Assembly (NCBI GenBank): GCA_902622985.1
Contig: CACNSH010000001.1
Location: 64,036-128,035 of the forward strand
DNA length: 64,000 bases
DNA from: an uncultured Pelagibacteraceae bacterium
GTDB lineage: Bacteria > Pseudomonadota > Alphaproteobacteria > Pelagibacterales > AG-422-B15
Reading direction: 5' to 3'
Shown here: one piece after another, positions 1-10,388 of the stretch
How positions within the stretch are numbered: the stretch's first letter is position 1
How the letters are laid out: each line of letters begins with the position of its first letter
Made by a program: the position numbers and the translations under genes
The notes under the pieces: generated by a model
Database searches by the model: none
Told to the model about the DNA's origin: nothing
What the model saw: only the letters and a program-made list of their open reading frames with translations

Positions 1-1188
1 TTTGATAAATAATTTCGTATCCTCGTGATCTAAAATATTTCTTTCTTTTACGGGGAAATTAATCAGGTTTTGTGGTAGAGGACTGAATAAATGAAGGCAT
101 TCACTGGCTTTTCCTTTTTTTCTACTTAAGATAGATAGAACTTGAAGAGCAACTACTATTCCATCTCCCGATGAAGTAAAATCACGTAAAATTATGTGTC
201 CAGATTGTTCACCGCCTAAATTTAAATCTTCTGAAATCATTTTTTCCTTTACGTATCGATCACCAACTTTTGCCCTGATTAACCCAATGTTATGTTTCTT
301 TAATAAAGTTTCTAAGCCCATGTTTGCCATTGAAGTACCAACTACATTATTATTTTTTAATTTTTTATCTTTTGACATTTCAATAGCTAGTAATGCCAGT
401 ATCTGGTCGCCATTGACTAAATGTCCTTTTTCATCAATAACAGCCAATCGATCACCATCGCCATCTAAGGCAATACCAATATCAGCCTTCTCCTCTAATA
501 CTTTTTTAGCAAGTTTATTGGTATTAGTAGACCCACATTCGAAATTTATATTAGTTCCATTTGGTTGAGTAGCTATTTGAATAACTTCTGCACCAAGCTC
601 CCATAAAATTAAAGGTGCAGAAATATAAGAAGCCCCATTTGCACAATCAATTACAATTTTAAGACCATCAAGTCGTTGTGATTTAGGAAAAGTACCTTTT
701 AGGAATTCTATATATCTACCATTTGCATCTTCGAGTCTTTTTGCTCTTCCTATTTTTTCTGAACCCGCTAATGAATTTTCCAATTCAGACTCCATAAGAG
801 ACTCTATTTCAATTTCAGTTTCGTCTGATAATTTATTTCCATTTTTATCAAATATTTTGATACCATTATCTTGATATTGATTGTGTGAAGCAGTTATCAT
901 TATCCCTAAGTCTGCTCGCATAGATTTTGTTAACATTGCAACTGCGGGTGTAGGTATGGGCCCAAAAAGAAAGACATCCATTCCCATAGATAATAATCCA
1001 GAGGTTAATGCCTGTTCAATCATATATCCTGATAGTCTTGTATCTTTACCAATAACGACCTTGTGACGATGTTCTCCAACAGTAAAGTGTTTACCTAGTG
1101 CCATTCCAAGTTTCATAAGCGTTAGGCCATTAAGTTTTTGACTATTTGAACTTGCTCTTACTCCATCTGTTCCAAAAAACTTTTTCAT
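1..1188 (-). CDS. glmM: Phosphoglucosamine mutase (C-terminal end cut by window edge)
   Basis: Hand translation of the minus strand from ATG (1188-1186) stays open to position 1 (396 codons). It has no stop in the window, so it is absent from the ORF track. Sequence MKKFFGTDGVRA..., phosphoserine loop MITASHNQYQDNGIK, metal loop GIALDGDGDRL, LGGEQSGH. Start overlaps the folP stop (ATGA). Conserved ftsH-folP-glmM order. The + ORFs 194..568 and 881..1066 are antisense artefacts. Confidence 0.9.
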   Translation of the reverse strand, partial: MKKFFGTDGVRASSNSQKLNGLTLMKLGMALGKHFTVGEHRHKVVIGKDTRLSGYMIEQALTSGLLSMGMDVFLFGPIPTPAVAMLTKSMRADLGIMITASHNQYQDNGIKIFDKNGNKLSDETEIEIESLMESELENSLAGSEKIGRAKRLEDANGRYIEFLKGTFPKSQRLDGLKIVIDCANGASYISAPLILWELGAEVIQIATQPNGTNINFECGSTNTNKLAKKVLEEKADIGIALDGDGDRLAVIDEKGHLVNGDQILALLAIEMSKDKKLKNNNVVGTSMANMGLETLLKKHNIGLIRAKVGDRYVKEKMISEDLNLGGEQSGHIILRDFTSSGDGIVVALQVLSILSRKKGKASECLHLFSPLPQNLINFPVKERNILDHEDTKLFIK

Positions 1189-2240
1189 TTTATTTTAGAA
1201 TAAACCTTAATTGATTGTTTTGTTGCATAAACATCGTGCACCCTAAATATTTGAACTCCTTCAGCTAATCCACGCAAAACTGTTGCTATTGAGCCACCTA
1301 ATCGATCCTCGTATAATTCATTTTTTTCAATCTTGCCAATAAAACTTTTTCGAGAGCTTCCCAATAGCACAGGAAGGCCTAAGGAATGAAACAATGCGAT
1401 GTTTGAAATTAGTTTCAAATTTTGTTGCAAAGTTTTACCAAAACCAATTCCAGGGTCTATTATAATTCGGCTCTTTGATATGCCATTTTTCTCACATAAA
1501 CTGATTTGCTTTTCAAAGAAATCATAAATATCAAGAAGTACATCTTTGTACTTTATAGTTTTTTGCATCTTTTCAGGAGTTGAAATTGAATGCATTAAAA
1601 CAAAAGGAATTTTATTCGAGTTTAAAAATTTTTTTGAATTTTTATCAAATCTAAGTCCTGAGACATCATTTATTAGATTTATATCAAACTTACATGCTTC
1701 TTTCATAACTTGAGATTTTCTTGTATCTACCGAGATAAATTCTTTCTTATATTTTTTTCTGATTTGAGAAATTATTGGTATAATTCGCCTGATTTCCTCA
1801 TTAACTCTAACCTCTTTTGATCCAGGCCTTGTTGACTCTCCACCAATATCAATGATATCTGCGCCTTCTTTAATTAGTTTTTTAAACTGCTCAATTGCAT
1901 TATCGCGTAATAAAAATTTTCCGCCGTCAAAAAAGCTATCAGGTGTTACATTAAGAATACCCATCACAAGTGATCGCTCAAAGTTAAACTTTCCTAATTT
2001 TTTTCTTTTCTTTGTAATATTTGAAATTTTTTTATTTATATTTCTCTGAATATCAGGTTCCAAATATTTTATATCATTAATTTTCAGAAACTTTGATCTT
2101 GTCTTGGTTTTGCCTCTTGTTATCAACTCAATTTCATTAAAGAATAATCTGGAGGACCCAAGAAAAAGTGAGTCTTTTGTTTTTATTTTACTAAATATTG
2201 GTCGTACGTAATATCTATTCGAATTACGCACAAGGGACAC
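1185..2240 (-). CDS. folP: Dihydropteroate synthase
   Basis: DHPS core motifs MGILNVTPDSFFDGG, DIGGESTRPG, LINDVSG, DPGIGFGKT. Lies between ftsH and glmM. The ORF has a 92-aa Lys-rich extension ahead of the canonical MGILNV start (alternative ATG at 1964), so the start is uncertain. Confidence 0.85.
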   Translation of the reverse strand: MSLVRNSNRYYVRPIFSKIKTKDSLFLGSSRLFFNEIELITRGKTKTRSKFLKINDIKYLEPDIQRNINKKISNITKKRKKLGKFNFERSLVMGILNVTPDSFFDGGKFLLRDNAIEQFKKLIKEGADIIDIGGESTRPGSKEVRVNEEIRRIIPIISQIRKKYKKEFISVDTRKSQVMKEACKFDINLINDVSGLRFDKNSKKFLNSNKIPFVLMHSISTPEKMQKTIKYKDVLLDIYDFFEKQISLCEKNGISKSRIIIDPGIGFGKTLQQNLKLISNIALFHSLGLPVLLGSSRKSFIGKIEKNELYEDRLGGSIATVLRGLAEGVQIFRVHDVYATKQSIKVYSKIK

Positions 2241-2249
2241 TGAAATTAG

Positions 2250-4163
2250 TTAACTTGTTTGAGGTTTTGGCTTGAAACTAGGACCAACGGGAGCTGACTT
2301 ACCACTTTTAGGAACAGATGGTCCTGCATTATTAATTTCTTCTTCAGGATTGGATCTGTCAATCTTACCTTCTTTTAACAATGTAGTTATTTCATCTCCA
2401 TTTAAAGTTTCATATTCAATTAAGCCTTTTGCAAGAGCATGCAAATCGTCTATTTTTTCATTTAAGATTTTCTTTGCTAAATCATAACAACTATCAACAA
2501 TTTGCCTGATCTCTGAGTCTATAAGTTTTGCTGTTTCTTCAGAAACATTTTGATGTCTTTGTACTGATCTTCCTAAAAATACCTCTTCCTCATTTTCACC
2601 ATATTGTAATGGTCCTAATTTTTCGCTCATTCCAAATTTAGTCACCATATTTCTGGCCATCTTAGTTGCCATTTCGATATCTGATGAAGCACCAGAAGTA
2701 ACTTTTTTGTCACCAAATATTATTTCTTCAGCGACTCTGCCGCCCATAGCAACTGTGATATCAGCTAACATTTTTTCTCTAGGTAAAGATAATTGGTCTC
2801 TTTCGGGCAACCTCATTACCATTCCAAGTGCTCTGCCTCTTGGTATTATTGTAGCTTTATGTATTGGATCTGAAGCGGATTGGTTTAATGCAACAACAGC
2901 GTGACCTCCTTCGTGGTAGGCTGTAAGTTCTTTTTCTTCTTGACTCATAACAAGAGATCTTCTTTCTGACCCCATCATTACTTTATCTTTTGCTTCCTCA
3001 AAATCTACCATAGTAACAATTTTCTTATTTTTTCTTGCTGCCAACAATGCTGCTTCATTTACAATGTTAGCTAGATCTGCACCAGAAAAACCGGGTGTTC
3101 CCCTTGCTATTGTTCTGATATCTACATCAGGCGCGACAGAGATTTTTTTAATATGAACTTTCAGAATAGCTTCTCTGCCTAAGATATCTGGATTAGGAAC
3201 AACAACCTGCCTGTCAAAACGACCTGGTCTTAATAGAGCCGGATCAAGTACATCTGGTCTGTTAGTCGCGGCAACCAAAATAATACCTTCCTGAGTATCA
3301 AATCCGTCCATCTCAACTAAAATCTGATTCAGTGTCTGTTCTCTCTCATCATTACCGCCACCAAGGCCTGCTCCACGGCTTCTACCAACAGCATCGATTT
3401 CATCAATGAAAATTATACATGGCGCATTTCTTCTTCCTTGCTCGAACATATCCCTAACTCGAGATGCTCCAACACCAACAAACATTTCAACAAAATCAGA
3501 ACCCGAGATTGTAAAGAAAGGTACACCGGCCTCTCCCGCTACAGCTCTGGCAAGCAATGTCTTTCCCGTTCCTGGAGGGCCAATTAGTAGGGCACCTTTT
3601 GGAATTCTACCGCCAAGTTTTTGAAATTTTCTAGGATCTTTTAAAAACTCAACAATTTCAACAAGCTCCTCTTTTGCTTCATCTATTCCAGCCACATCAT
3701 TAAAAGTAACTTTATTTTTATTTTCAGTTAGTAATTTGGCCTTGGATCTTCCAAATCCCATTGCTCCGCCTCTTCCGCCCTGCATCTGACGCATGAAAAA
3801 AATCCATACACCAATAAGTAAAAGCATTGGGAACCAGGAAATTAGAACTCCAAGAAGTGATGGATAGCCGTCATCTAGTGGTGCAGCTGAAATGTTTACA
3901 CCTCGATCATTAAGTCTATCAACGAGTGTTGGGTCATTAGCGGCATAAGTTTTAAAAGATCTACCATCTTCAAAAGCTCCATTGATATTATTACCTCGAA
4001 TAATAACATCTTTGATCGACCCAGCTTCAACTTCATCTAAAAATTGTGAATATGTTAAATCAACTGTGTTTCTATCACCGCTGGTATTGCTAAATAAATT
4101 AAAAAGTCCAAAAACGATTAAAGCAATAAAGAGCCATAAAACTATATTTCGTAAATTCATCAT
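2250..4163 (-). CDS. ftsH: ATP-dependent zinc metalloprotease FtsH
   Basis: N-terminal TM segments, AAA+ Walker [19 protein letters not shown], Walker [10 protein letters not shown], zinc site HEGGHAV. Confidence 0.97.
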   Translation of the reverse strand: MMNLRNIVLWLFIALIVFGLFNLFSNTSGDRNTVDLTYSQFLDEVEAGSIKDVIIRGNNINGAFEDGRSFKTYAANDPTLVDRLNDRGVNISAAPLDDGYPSLLGVLISWFPMLLLIGVWIFFMRQMQGGRGGAMGFGRSKAKLLTENKNKVTFNDVAGIDEAKEELVEIVEFLKDPRKFQKLGGRIPKGALLIGPPGTGKTLLARAVAGEAGVPFFTISGSDFVEMFVGVGASRVRDMFEQGRRNAPCIIFIDEIDAVGRSRGAGLGGGNDEREQTLNQILVEMDGFDTQEGIILVAATNRPDVLDPALLRPGRFDRQVVVPNPDILGREAILKVHIKKISVAPDVDIRTIARGTPGFSGADLANIVNEAALLAARKNKKIVTMVDFEEAKDKVMMGSERRSLVMSQEEKELTAYHEGGHAVVALNQSASDPIHKATIIPRGRALGMVMRLPERDQLSLPREKMLADITVAMGGRVAEEIIFGDKKVTSGASSDIEMATKMARNMVTKFGMSEKLGPLQYGENEEEVFLGRSVQRHQNVSEETAKLIDSEIRQIVDSCYDLAKKILNEKIDDLHALAKGLIEYETLNGDEITTLLKEGKIDRSNPEEEINNAGPSVPKSGKSAPVGPSFKPKPQTS

Positions 4164-4255
4164 AATAAAGATATTGATATTATTAGATAATTACTATTTT
4201 TCAGCATACAAGAAAATATATCAATAAAATTTAACATTATATTCAATAGCTTAGT

Positions 4256-5350
4256 CTAGTAATGCTCGATAGATTTTGTCCAATTTTTAGAAATTGCCAA
4301 ATTTTCAGTCTTATTAGGTTTAGCTATGTCGCTCTCTGACTGAATATTTACAACTCCCTTCTGCCCAACAAATGTGCAACTATTTAAGGTACGCTTAAAA
4401 CTTTTTTCTTTCACAATTGAATTTATCAATTCTTGTATTGATCGTGATCTAGGCACTTTATTGCTTTTTCCAGCAAATCTGCACAGTTTCACAAGCACTC
4501 TATGTTGGATTTCTTCGGGCAAGTTTATAAATTCCTTAGACCTAAAACTAATAATTTTCTTTTCATTAAGTTTAACTTGTTCTTCTAAATAATTGCTAAC
4601 TGCAGTATTAATTGCGTTATTTGCATTTTTTAAATTCTTTAAAACGTTTTTAAACCTAACTTTACTGAGACCTTCTTGTATTAATTGTTGAGATAGCTTC
4701 CGAATACGAGACCTATCGTACTTATTATTATAATTTGTTCTGTCGTTTAAATAGGATTGCTTTTGCTCTGATAAATACTGAATAAGGGATTTTTTTGAGT
4801 ACTCGAGTAGCGGCCTAACTAAAATTAATTTTGTATTCTTATATCTAGATTTAACTTTTAATGATGAAAGACCTTTTATCCCACTACCCCTCACTAATCT
4901 CATTAAAAAATTTTCTATTTCGTCATCAAGATGATGGGCTGTTAATAAGAATTTAATCTTTTTTTTGTTACAATATTTTGATAAGGCCTCATATCGAAGT
5001 GTCCTTGCCTTGGAGAGGGTATTAGAGCTATTGATCCTTTTTTTTAATTTAGTTGAGTAGAAGTTAATTTTATTCTTTTTTGCAATCTTTTCTAACCATA
5101 CAATTTCTTTTGATGACTCTGCTCTAATTCCATGATCGATACTTAATACAGTTAAATTAATATTATTATTTAATGCATATCTATTAGACAAATGCATGAG
5201 CGCTAAACTATCTGGACCACCAGAAACTGCTACGGCAATATCTGAATTAACTCGAAGCTCTTTCATCTTTACTTCGAAATCTTGATTAGTTATTTTTACG
5301 ACTTTTTTGTGATTAATTGGCTTAACTAATTTCACAGCCATTTTTTTCAA
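4256..5350 (-). CDS. tilS: tRNA(Ile)-lysidine synthetase
   Basis: PP-loop motif AVAVSGGPDSLAL and HHLDD. The longest ORF overlaps the cpoB stop by 29 nt. An internal start at MKELRV (ATG at 5266) is equally plausible. Confidence 0.85.
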   Translation of the reverse strand: MKKMAVKLVKPINHKKVVKITNQDFEVKMKELRVNSDIAVAVSGGPDSLALMHLSNRYALNNNINLTVLSIDHGIRAESSKEIVWLEKIAKKNKINFYSTKLKKRINSSNTLSKARTLRYEALSKYCNKKKIKFLLTAHHLDDEIENFLMRLVRGSGIKGLSSLKVKSRYKNTKLILVRPLLEYSKKSLIQYLSEQKQSYLNDRTNYNNKYDRSRIRKLSQQLIQEGLSKVRFKNVLKNLKNANNAINTAVSNYLEEQVKLNEKKIISFRSKEFINLPEEIQHRVLVKLCRFAGKSNKVPRSRSIQELINSIVKEKSFKRTLNSCTFVGQKGVVNIQSESDIAKPNKTENLAISKNWTKSIEHY

Positions 5351-6356
5351 TTTCTAATTTACCCCTATCTAATACAGCAGTATTTGCATTTGGATAGGTA
5401 TCTTTTAATTGTATGAAAGTTACACACCCTTGTTCCTTTTGGTCCATATTAACTAAAGATATTCCGAGTTTTAAAAGCGCATCTGGAGCTTTCTTTGAGT
5501 CTGGATAAACTTGGTATAGGCTTAAATAATTTTTAGCTGCGTCTTTATAATTTTCTCTAACATAATAAGTTTCTGCTAACCAAAAGTTTGCGTTGCTTAA
5601 AAGGCTGGAATCATTTCCGACAGTCATAAACTCTTGAAATGCTTTTTCGGCAAGTTCATAGTCACCTTGCTTGAGAAGACCCATTGCGTATTCATATTGA
5701 CCTTTTTCATCTCCTTCAGGCAGTACCGCTAGTACAATTTCTTGTTCTTCAAAAGCCACAATATTGTCCTGAGAAATGGTATTTATTATTTCTTGTTCTT
5801 CCTCTTCATCAACATTTTTGATTTCAAATGGAGAAGCAGACAGCTCCTCTTCTGAAGACACATTTATTGTTCCAAGTGACTGTGGTTCCAAATTTAGCCC
5901 CTCACTTGTGTTATCTACTAGGTTATTAATTTGTGTTTCATTATTGGGTACCGTCATAGATAATTGATTTTTCTCAATACTTTCAGTTTTAGAATTTATA
6001 TCGATAAACCTAAATTCAGTATCTTCTCTAAATGTATTAAAATTATTTACTGTAGATTGCATTGTGAATATCATTTCTTCAATTTTTGCTGTCAGTGATT
6101 GAACTTCATTTTGTAATTCAGCTATCTGGATAGATTGTTTTGTTATAATTGATTGGTAATCATCAAGACTAACATTATTGCCAGTGCCAGACGTCGTTTT
6201 GCTAAATGTTGCCTTTTCAAGAACCTTTATTCTGCTTTCAATTGAGTCCAATTTTTGCAACAACTGATCTAAATCTAGTTCTGCTGATTGAACATGAATA
6301 ATCTGTGTGAAAGAGATCAGAATAAAAAAGAAAATAAATTGAATTCTTTTGAACAT
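5322..6356 (-). CDS. cpoB: Tol-Pal system protein CpoB/YbgF
   Basis: Signal peptide, N-terminal coiled coil, C-terminal TPR-like repeats (AEKAFQEF..., AKNYLSLYQVYPDSKKAPDALLKLG). Sits directly downstream of pal. Confidence 0.75.
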   Translation of the reverse strand: MFKRIQFIFFFILISFTQIIHVQSAELDLDQLLQKLDSIESRIKVLEKATFSKTTSGTGNNVSLDDYQSIITKQSIQIAELQNEVQSLTAKIEEMIFTMQSTVNNFNTFREDTEFRFIDINSKTESIEKNQLSMTVPNNETQINNLVDNTSEGLNLEPQSLGTINVSSEEELSASPFEIKNVDEEEEQEIINTISQDNIVAFEEQEIVLAVLPEGDEKGQYEYAMGLLKQGDYELAEKAFQEFMTVGNDSSLLSNANFWLAETYYVRENYKDAAKNYLSLYQVYPDSKKAPDALLKLGISLVNMDQKEQGCVTFIQLKDTYPNANTAVLDRGKLEIEKNGCEIS

Positions 6357-6427
6357 TACATTATCTAAACTTAATCTTATTTAAAAGATTAAGCTTATCT
6401 TTTGTCTAAAAAAAGGCGTCTTATAAA

Positions 6428-6943
6428 TTAGTTAGTTCTTACTGTTACAGAACGTCTATTTTGAGCCCATGCTTTATTATTAGATGCACTGTTAACTGGT
6501 CTTTCTTTACCAAAACTAATTGTAGTAATTCGACTAGCGCTTATGCCTTGCGTCATCAAATAATCTTTTGCTGCATTTGCTCTTCTATCACCAAGGGCCA
6601 AGTTATACTCTCTTGTACCCCTTTCATCGGCATGGCCTTCAATTGCAATAGTAACTGATCCATTTGCCTTTAGCCACTTTGCTTGTTTAGCTAAAGTTGC
6701 TTGGGCTGCGCTTGTTAGTGAATAACTATCATATGCAAAGAAAACTCTATCTGGCACATCAACAGCAAGCATTTCTACTGTATCAGTACCAACATAAACT
6801 CCGTCAACGACTTCAACTTTAGAAGCAGAACTTGATGATGGTGTAGATGCAGTATCTTGTGGTGTTGTTGTACATGCAGCTAAAATGAGTGCTGCAAAAG
6901 ATAGAACTAATAACCTGTTTAAATTTTTAAATGTTAATAACAT
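6428..6943 (-). CDS. pal: Peptidoglycan-associated lipoprotein Pal
   Basis: Lipobox LILAAC after the signal peptide. OmpA-like domain (IEGHADERGTREYNLALGDRRANA). Start set at MLLTFKNL (ATG 6943) rather than the ORF-track 6973. Confidence 0.9.
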   Translation of the reverse strand: MLLTFKNLNRLLVLSFAALILAACTTTPQDTASTPSSSSASKVEVVDGVYVGTDTVEMLAVDVPDRVFFAYDSYSLTSAAQATLAKQAKWLKANGSVTIAIEGHADERGTREYNLALGDRRANAAKDYLMTQGISASRITTISFGKERPVNSASNNKAWAQNRRSVTVRTN

Positions 6944-7064
6944 TATAAACTCCCGTAATATTTGATCGCCCAAGTCCTAGTACTTTATTAATTTAAGTTA
7001 CGCAAGTCTATAATAAAATAGCTACGAATTGCTTAAAATGGTCATATTTTGGTCCAAAAATTGC

Positions 7065-8387
7065 TTATTGTATCAATTTCGACCATGAAGGGTCTGATGC
7101 ATCAACTGGAGTTTCAAGCTTTCTCTCATTAAATCCTGTTAAATCGATTGACCAGATTGCTGAGGAATGGCCCTGACCTGCATCATCTGACTTAGTTTCT
7201 CTATAAAATATCAACACTCTTCCATTAGACGACCAAGAAGGAGCCTCTTGATACCAATTTTCTGTTAAAAGTCTCTCACCAGTTCCATCTGTTCTCATAA
7301 CTCCAATAAAATATTGTCCCTGAAAATTTTTTGTAAAAGCAATAAGATCACCTCTTGGTGACCAAACAGGTGTTGCATAATTACCAGTTCCTTTTGAGAT
7401 TCTTTTTTGGTTTCTGCCATTACTATCCATTACATAAATTTGTTGGGATCCGCCTCTATCAGAGTTAAATGTAATTCTCTTTCCGTCTGGAGAATAACTT
7501 GGCGATGTATCAATTGCAGGACTGTCTGTTAACCTTTCAACTACTCTGGATACTAGATCCATTACATATATGTCAGAATTACCTTCTCTTGCTAAACTCA
7601 TAATAATTTTATTTCCATCTGGAGAAAAACGGGGTGCAAATGTCATGCCTGGAAAGTCTCCAACCACTTCTTGGATACCTGTTTGAATGTTTAACAAATA
7701 GACTCGCGGAAGATTTTTAAAATAAGATAGATAAGTAATTTCTTGTCTTACTGGGTTAAATCTTGGAGTCAAAACAAGCTCTTTGCCTGTAGTTAAAAAT
7801 TTATGATTTGCCCCGTCCTGATCCATTATAGCAAGTTTCTTAATACGTTTGTTTTTAGGTCCTTCTTCAGCAACATAAACTATTCTAGTATCAAAATAAC
7901 CCTGCTCGCCAGTAAGGCGTTCATAAACCTTATCTGCAATCATGTGGCTAATTCTTCTCCAATTTTCTATTGTCGTAATTAGAACAAGTCCCTCTATTTC
8001 CTTTTCAGCTAGTGTGTCCCAAAGTCTAAACTCTACTCGAAGTCTCTCATTTTCAATCGATAGCTCGCCTGTTAATAGGCCCTGAGCCTTTATCAATCTC
8101 CAATCTGCAAAACGTGGGTTTAAATGCATTGCCCTATTTTTTTGAATAAATGCATTTTTATCTACAGATAAAAATAATCCACTTCTCTCTAAGTCATCAG
8201 CTATAACTTTACGGATACTTGATGGTATATTTTGGTCATCCAGAATACTGTCTGTGTCATGAAAAAATTCAGTAATGGCAATTGGAAGAGGCTCTCTATT
8301 ACCTTCAGTAATATCAATTTCAATAATAGCAAATGAAATAGATGAAAAATGAAGTGCTATTACGATGTATAAAAGTATTTTTTTCAT
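7065..8387 (-). CDS. tolB: Tol-Pal system beta-propeller protein TolB
   Basis: Signal peptide, TolB N-domain, repeated propeller blades ([24 protein letters not shown]). Sits between tolA and pal. Confidence 0.92.
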   Translation of the reverse strand: MKKILLYIVIALHFSSISFAIIEIDITEGNREPLPIAITEFFHDTDSILDDQNIPSSIRKVIADDLERSGLFLSVDKNAFIQKNRAMHLNPRFADWRLIKAQGLLTGELSIENERLRVEFRLWDTLAEKEIEGLVLITTIENWRRISHMIADKVYERLTGEQGYFDTRIVYVAEEGPKNKRIKKLAIMDQDGANHKFLTTGKELVLTPRFNPVRQEITYLSYFKNLPRVYLLNIQTGIQEVVGDFPGMTFAPRFSPDGNKIIMSLAREGNSDIYVMDLVSRVVERLTDSPAIDTSPSYSPDGKRITFNSDRGGSQQIYVMDSNGRNQKRISKGTGNYATPVWSPRGDLIAFTKNFQGQYFIGVMRTDGTGERLLTENWYQEAPSWSSNGRVLIFYRETKSDDAGQGHSSAIWSIDLTGFNERKLETPVDASDPSWSKLIQ

Positions 8388-8393
8388 AATAAA

Positions 8394-9206
8394 TTATCCT
8401 CTTAGTATCTCTCTAGGATCAAAATTCAACTGTAAATTTTTCCAATTGTCATATCTTTCAATATCTGGAGCTTTTATTGGATCACATCGTCTTACTGCTC
8501 TAAGGGCACTTTCAGCAAGAGTTCTAAAATACTTTTCGCTAGGCTTATTCATCCTTTCGTGTTGAACAACCTCCGGTGGTTTAAGCAAAGAACCATCTGT
8601 ATTTAAGTAAATTTTAATTTTAACAATCATTGTATCATCATATGGAATTCCAAGAGGTATACTCCAGCATTGCATAAATTGAGCTCTGATAGCATCCTCC
8701 TCAGATAAAGTAAGTCGTTTATCGAGACTAGGTGTTGAATCTAACGCTTCATAATCTTTTTCTATAATTTCTTCTGGATTATCCATTTTTGTATCTTTTT
8801 GTTTATCGATTAACTCGGCTAATTTAAGAGGATCGAATTTGTCTTTTTTCTTAACTTCAGGTTTTCGTACAGGCATGTTTTGTATCATTTTTTCCTCTAA
8901 TTTTGTCTTTTCAATTTTTTCTTCATCGCTTGGATCTTTTACTTTTTCGTTGGATTTTTCATCTTTGGGTTTACTTATTGGCTGGTTTAATTTTGTTTCT
9001 TCCTTCTTTTTTTCAACTGGTTCTTTTTGTTCTTCGATTTTTTTACTGATTTGTGGAACATTTGTTTTTTCTGCGATTTCTATTAATTCAACTTGTATAA
9101 CCGGTGGTATTTCCAAATCATTATTATTAAATAATGGCAAAGATAAGACTGTAAATAAAAGTATAAAAACGTGTAGAAATATTGACCCTAAAACAGAAAC
9201 TCTCAT
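8394..9206 (-). CDS. tolA: TolA-like cell envelope integrity protein
   Basis: Single N-terminal TM helix, long Lys/Glu-rich linker, compact C-terminal TolA/TonB-like domain. Sits between tolR and tolB. Confidence 0.65.
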   Translation of the reverse strand: MRVSVLGSIFLHVFILLFTVLSLPLFNNNDLEIPPVIQVELIEIAEKTNVPQISKKIEEQKEPVEKKKEETKLNQPISKPKDEKSNEKVKDPSDEEKIEKTKLEEKMIQNMPVRKPEVKKKDKFDPLKLAELIDKQKDTKMDNPEEIIEKDYEALDSTPSLDKRLTLSEEDAIRAQFMQCWSIPLGIPYDDTMIVKIKIYLNTDGSLLKPPEVVQHERMNKPSEKYFRTLAESALRAVRRCDPIKAPDIERYDNWKNLQLNFDPREILRG

Positions 9207-9222
9207 ATATAAATAGCATTAA

Positions 9223-9627
9223 TTATTTACTTAATGGCTTAGTAATCAAAGCAACCTTTGTAAAACCAGAACCAGATAGCTCTCCTAAAACCATCATTAT
9301 CTGTCCATAATCAATTGCTTCATCTCCTCTAACATAAATTTTTGTATCAAGTCTATTTTCTGTTATTGCTTTCATTTTTGGAACTAGTTCAGAAATGCCT
9401 ATCTCTGTCTCTTGAATGAATATATTACCGCTTGCATCAATTGTTACTTCAAGCGGTTCATTGTCAGATTGTAAAGTATCTGCATTTGTTTCAGGTAAGT
9501 CAACCTGAACTCCCACTGTTAACAAAGGAGCGGTTACCATAAAAATGATTAATAAAACCAGCATTACATCAACGAAAGGTGTTACGTTGATTTCACTGAA
9601 TGGTTTTGATCGAGTGTTACGAGTCAC
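9223..9627 (-). CDS. tolR: Tol-Pal system protein TolR (ExbD/TolR family)
   Basis: INVTPFVDVMLVLLIIFMV TM motif typical of ExbD/TolR. Position after tolQ. Confidence 0.85.
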   Translation of the reverse strand: MTRNTRSKPFSEINVTPFVDVMLVLLIIFMVTAPLLTVGVQVDLPETNADTLQSDNEPLEVTIDASGNIFIQETEIGISELVPKMKAITENRLDTKIYVRGDEAIDYGQIMMVLGELSGSGFTKVALITKPLSK

Positions 9628-9639
9628 AATTTAAAATTT

Positions 9640-10344
9640 CTATTTTGTACTTAAGCCTCTTGAGAAAATAACATTAAAATGTTCTTTAAATCGATACATT
9701 CGTGCATTTTCATCATTCACCTGACTAGTAAATATATTGTAAGCAATAACAGCAGGTATTGCCGCTAATAAACCAAGAGCAGTTGCAAATAATGCTTCAG
9801 CGATTCCAGGAGCAACTACTGCAAGTGAGGTATTTCTTGAAATGGCAATAGATTGAAAAGAATTCATTATTCCCCATACAGTTCCAAATAATCCAATGAA
9901 TGGAGTCGTAGCGCCTATTGTTGCTAAATAACTAAAGTATTCAGATAGCTTCTCATTTTGAAAATCTATTGCCGCCTCCATAACACGATTTAATCTATCA
10001 ACTAAACTATCTATTTTTTTTGTAGTTTCCTTATTAGACTTTTCAATCTCGTCAACAGCTTCATTGAAAACATACTTGATTGGACTTTCTGGTAATTCTC
10101 TCGTGCTACTAGTGATTTCTTTTATTGATCTTCCCGACCAAAATTCCTCCTCGAATTGCTTACTGATTTCTTTTAAAGAACGAAATAAACGAATTTTATG
10201 AATTATTATTGTCCATGAGAAAATAGAAGAAGCAAATAGAATTAGAATCACTAACTTTACGACAATATCTGCTCTAAAAAAAAGTGAAATTAATGTGAAC
10301 TCATCGTTTACTTGGCTAACACTTACTAAATCTTCGTTTTCCAT
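9640..10344 (-). CDS. tolQ: Tol-Pal system protein TolQ (MotA/TolQ/ExbB family)
   Basis: Three TM segments. Proton-channel motif TTPFIGLFGTVWGIM and APGIAEALFATALGL. Confidence 0.9.
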   Translation of the reverse strand: MENEDLVSVSQVNDEFTLISLFFRADIVVKLVILILFASSIFSWTIIIHKIRLFRSLKEISKQFEEEFWSGRSIKEITSSTRELPESPIKYVFNEAVDEIEKSNKETTKKIDSLVDRLNRVMEAAIDFQNEKLSEYFSYLATIGATTPFIGLFGTVWGIMNSFQSIAISRNTSLAVVAPGIAEALFATALGLLAAIPAVIAYNIFTSQVNDENARMYRFKEHFNVIFSRGLSTK

Positions 10345-10388
10345 AATTTTTCAATTATTATTAAATATTGTCTTAATTAGGGCAAATC

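Noticed and set aside
194-1066. The + strand ORFs 194..568 and 881..1066. The same applies to the many other 60-125-aa ORFs antisense to strong genes, for example 1852..2049, 2272..2487, 3406..3624, 8839..9216, 16031..16294, 23485..23779, 26914..27198, 37362..37631 and 56193..56677.
   Set aside because: They lie entirely inside well-supported genes on the opposite strand. They have low-complexity Ser/Phe/Leu/Ile-rich translations with no motifs. They are the expected antisense open frames of AT-rich coding DNA.
6370-6393. Inverted repeat CTTAATCTT-ATTTAA-AAGATTAAG between pal and cpoB, a possible attenuator or terminator.
   Set aside because: The stem is almost entirely A/T (2 G:C pairs in 9) with only a weak T-tract. 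Such palindromes are expected by chance in this composition. I do not consider it strong enough to call.
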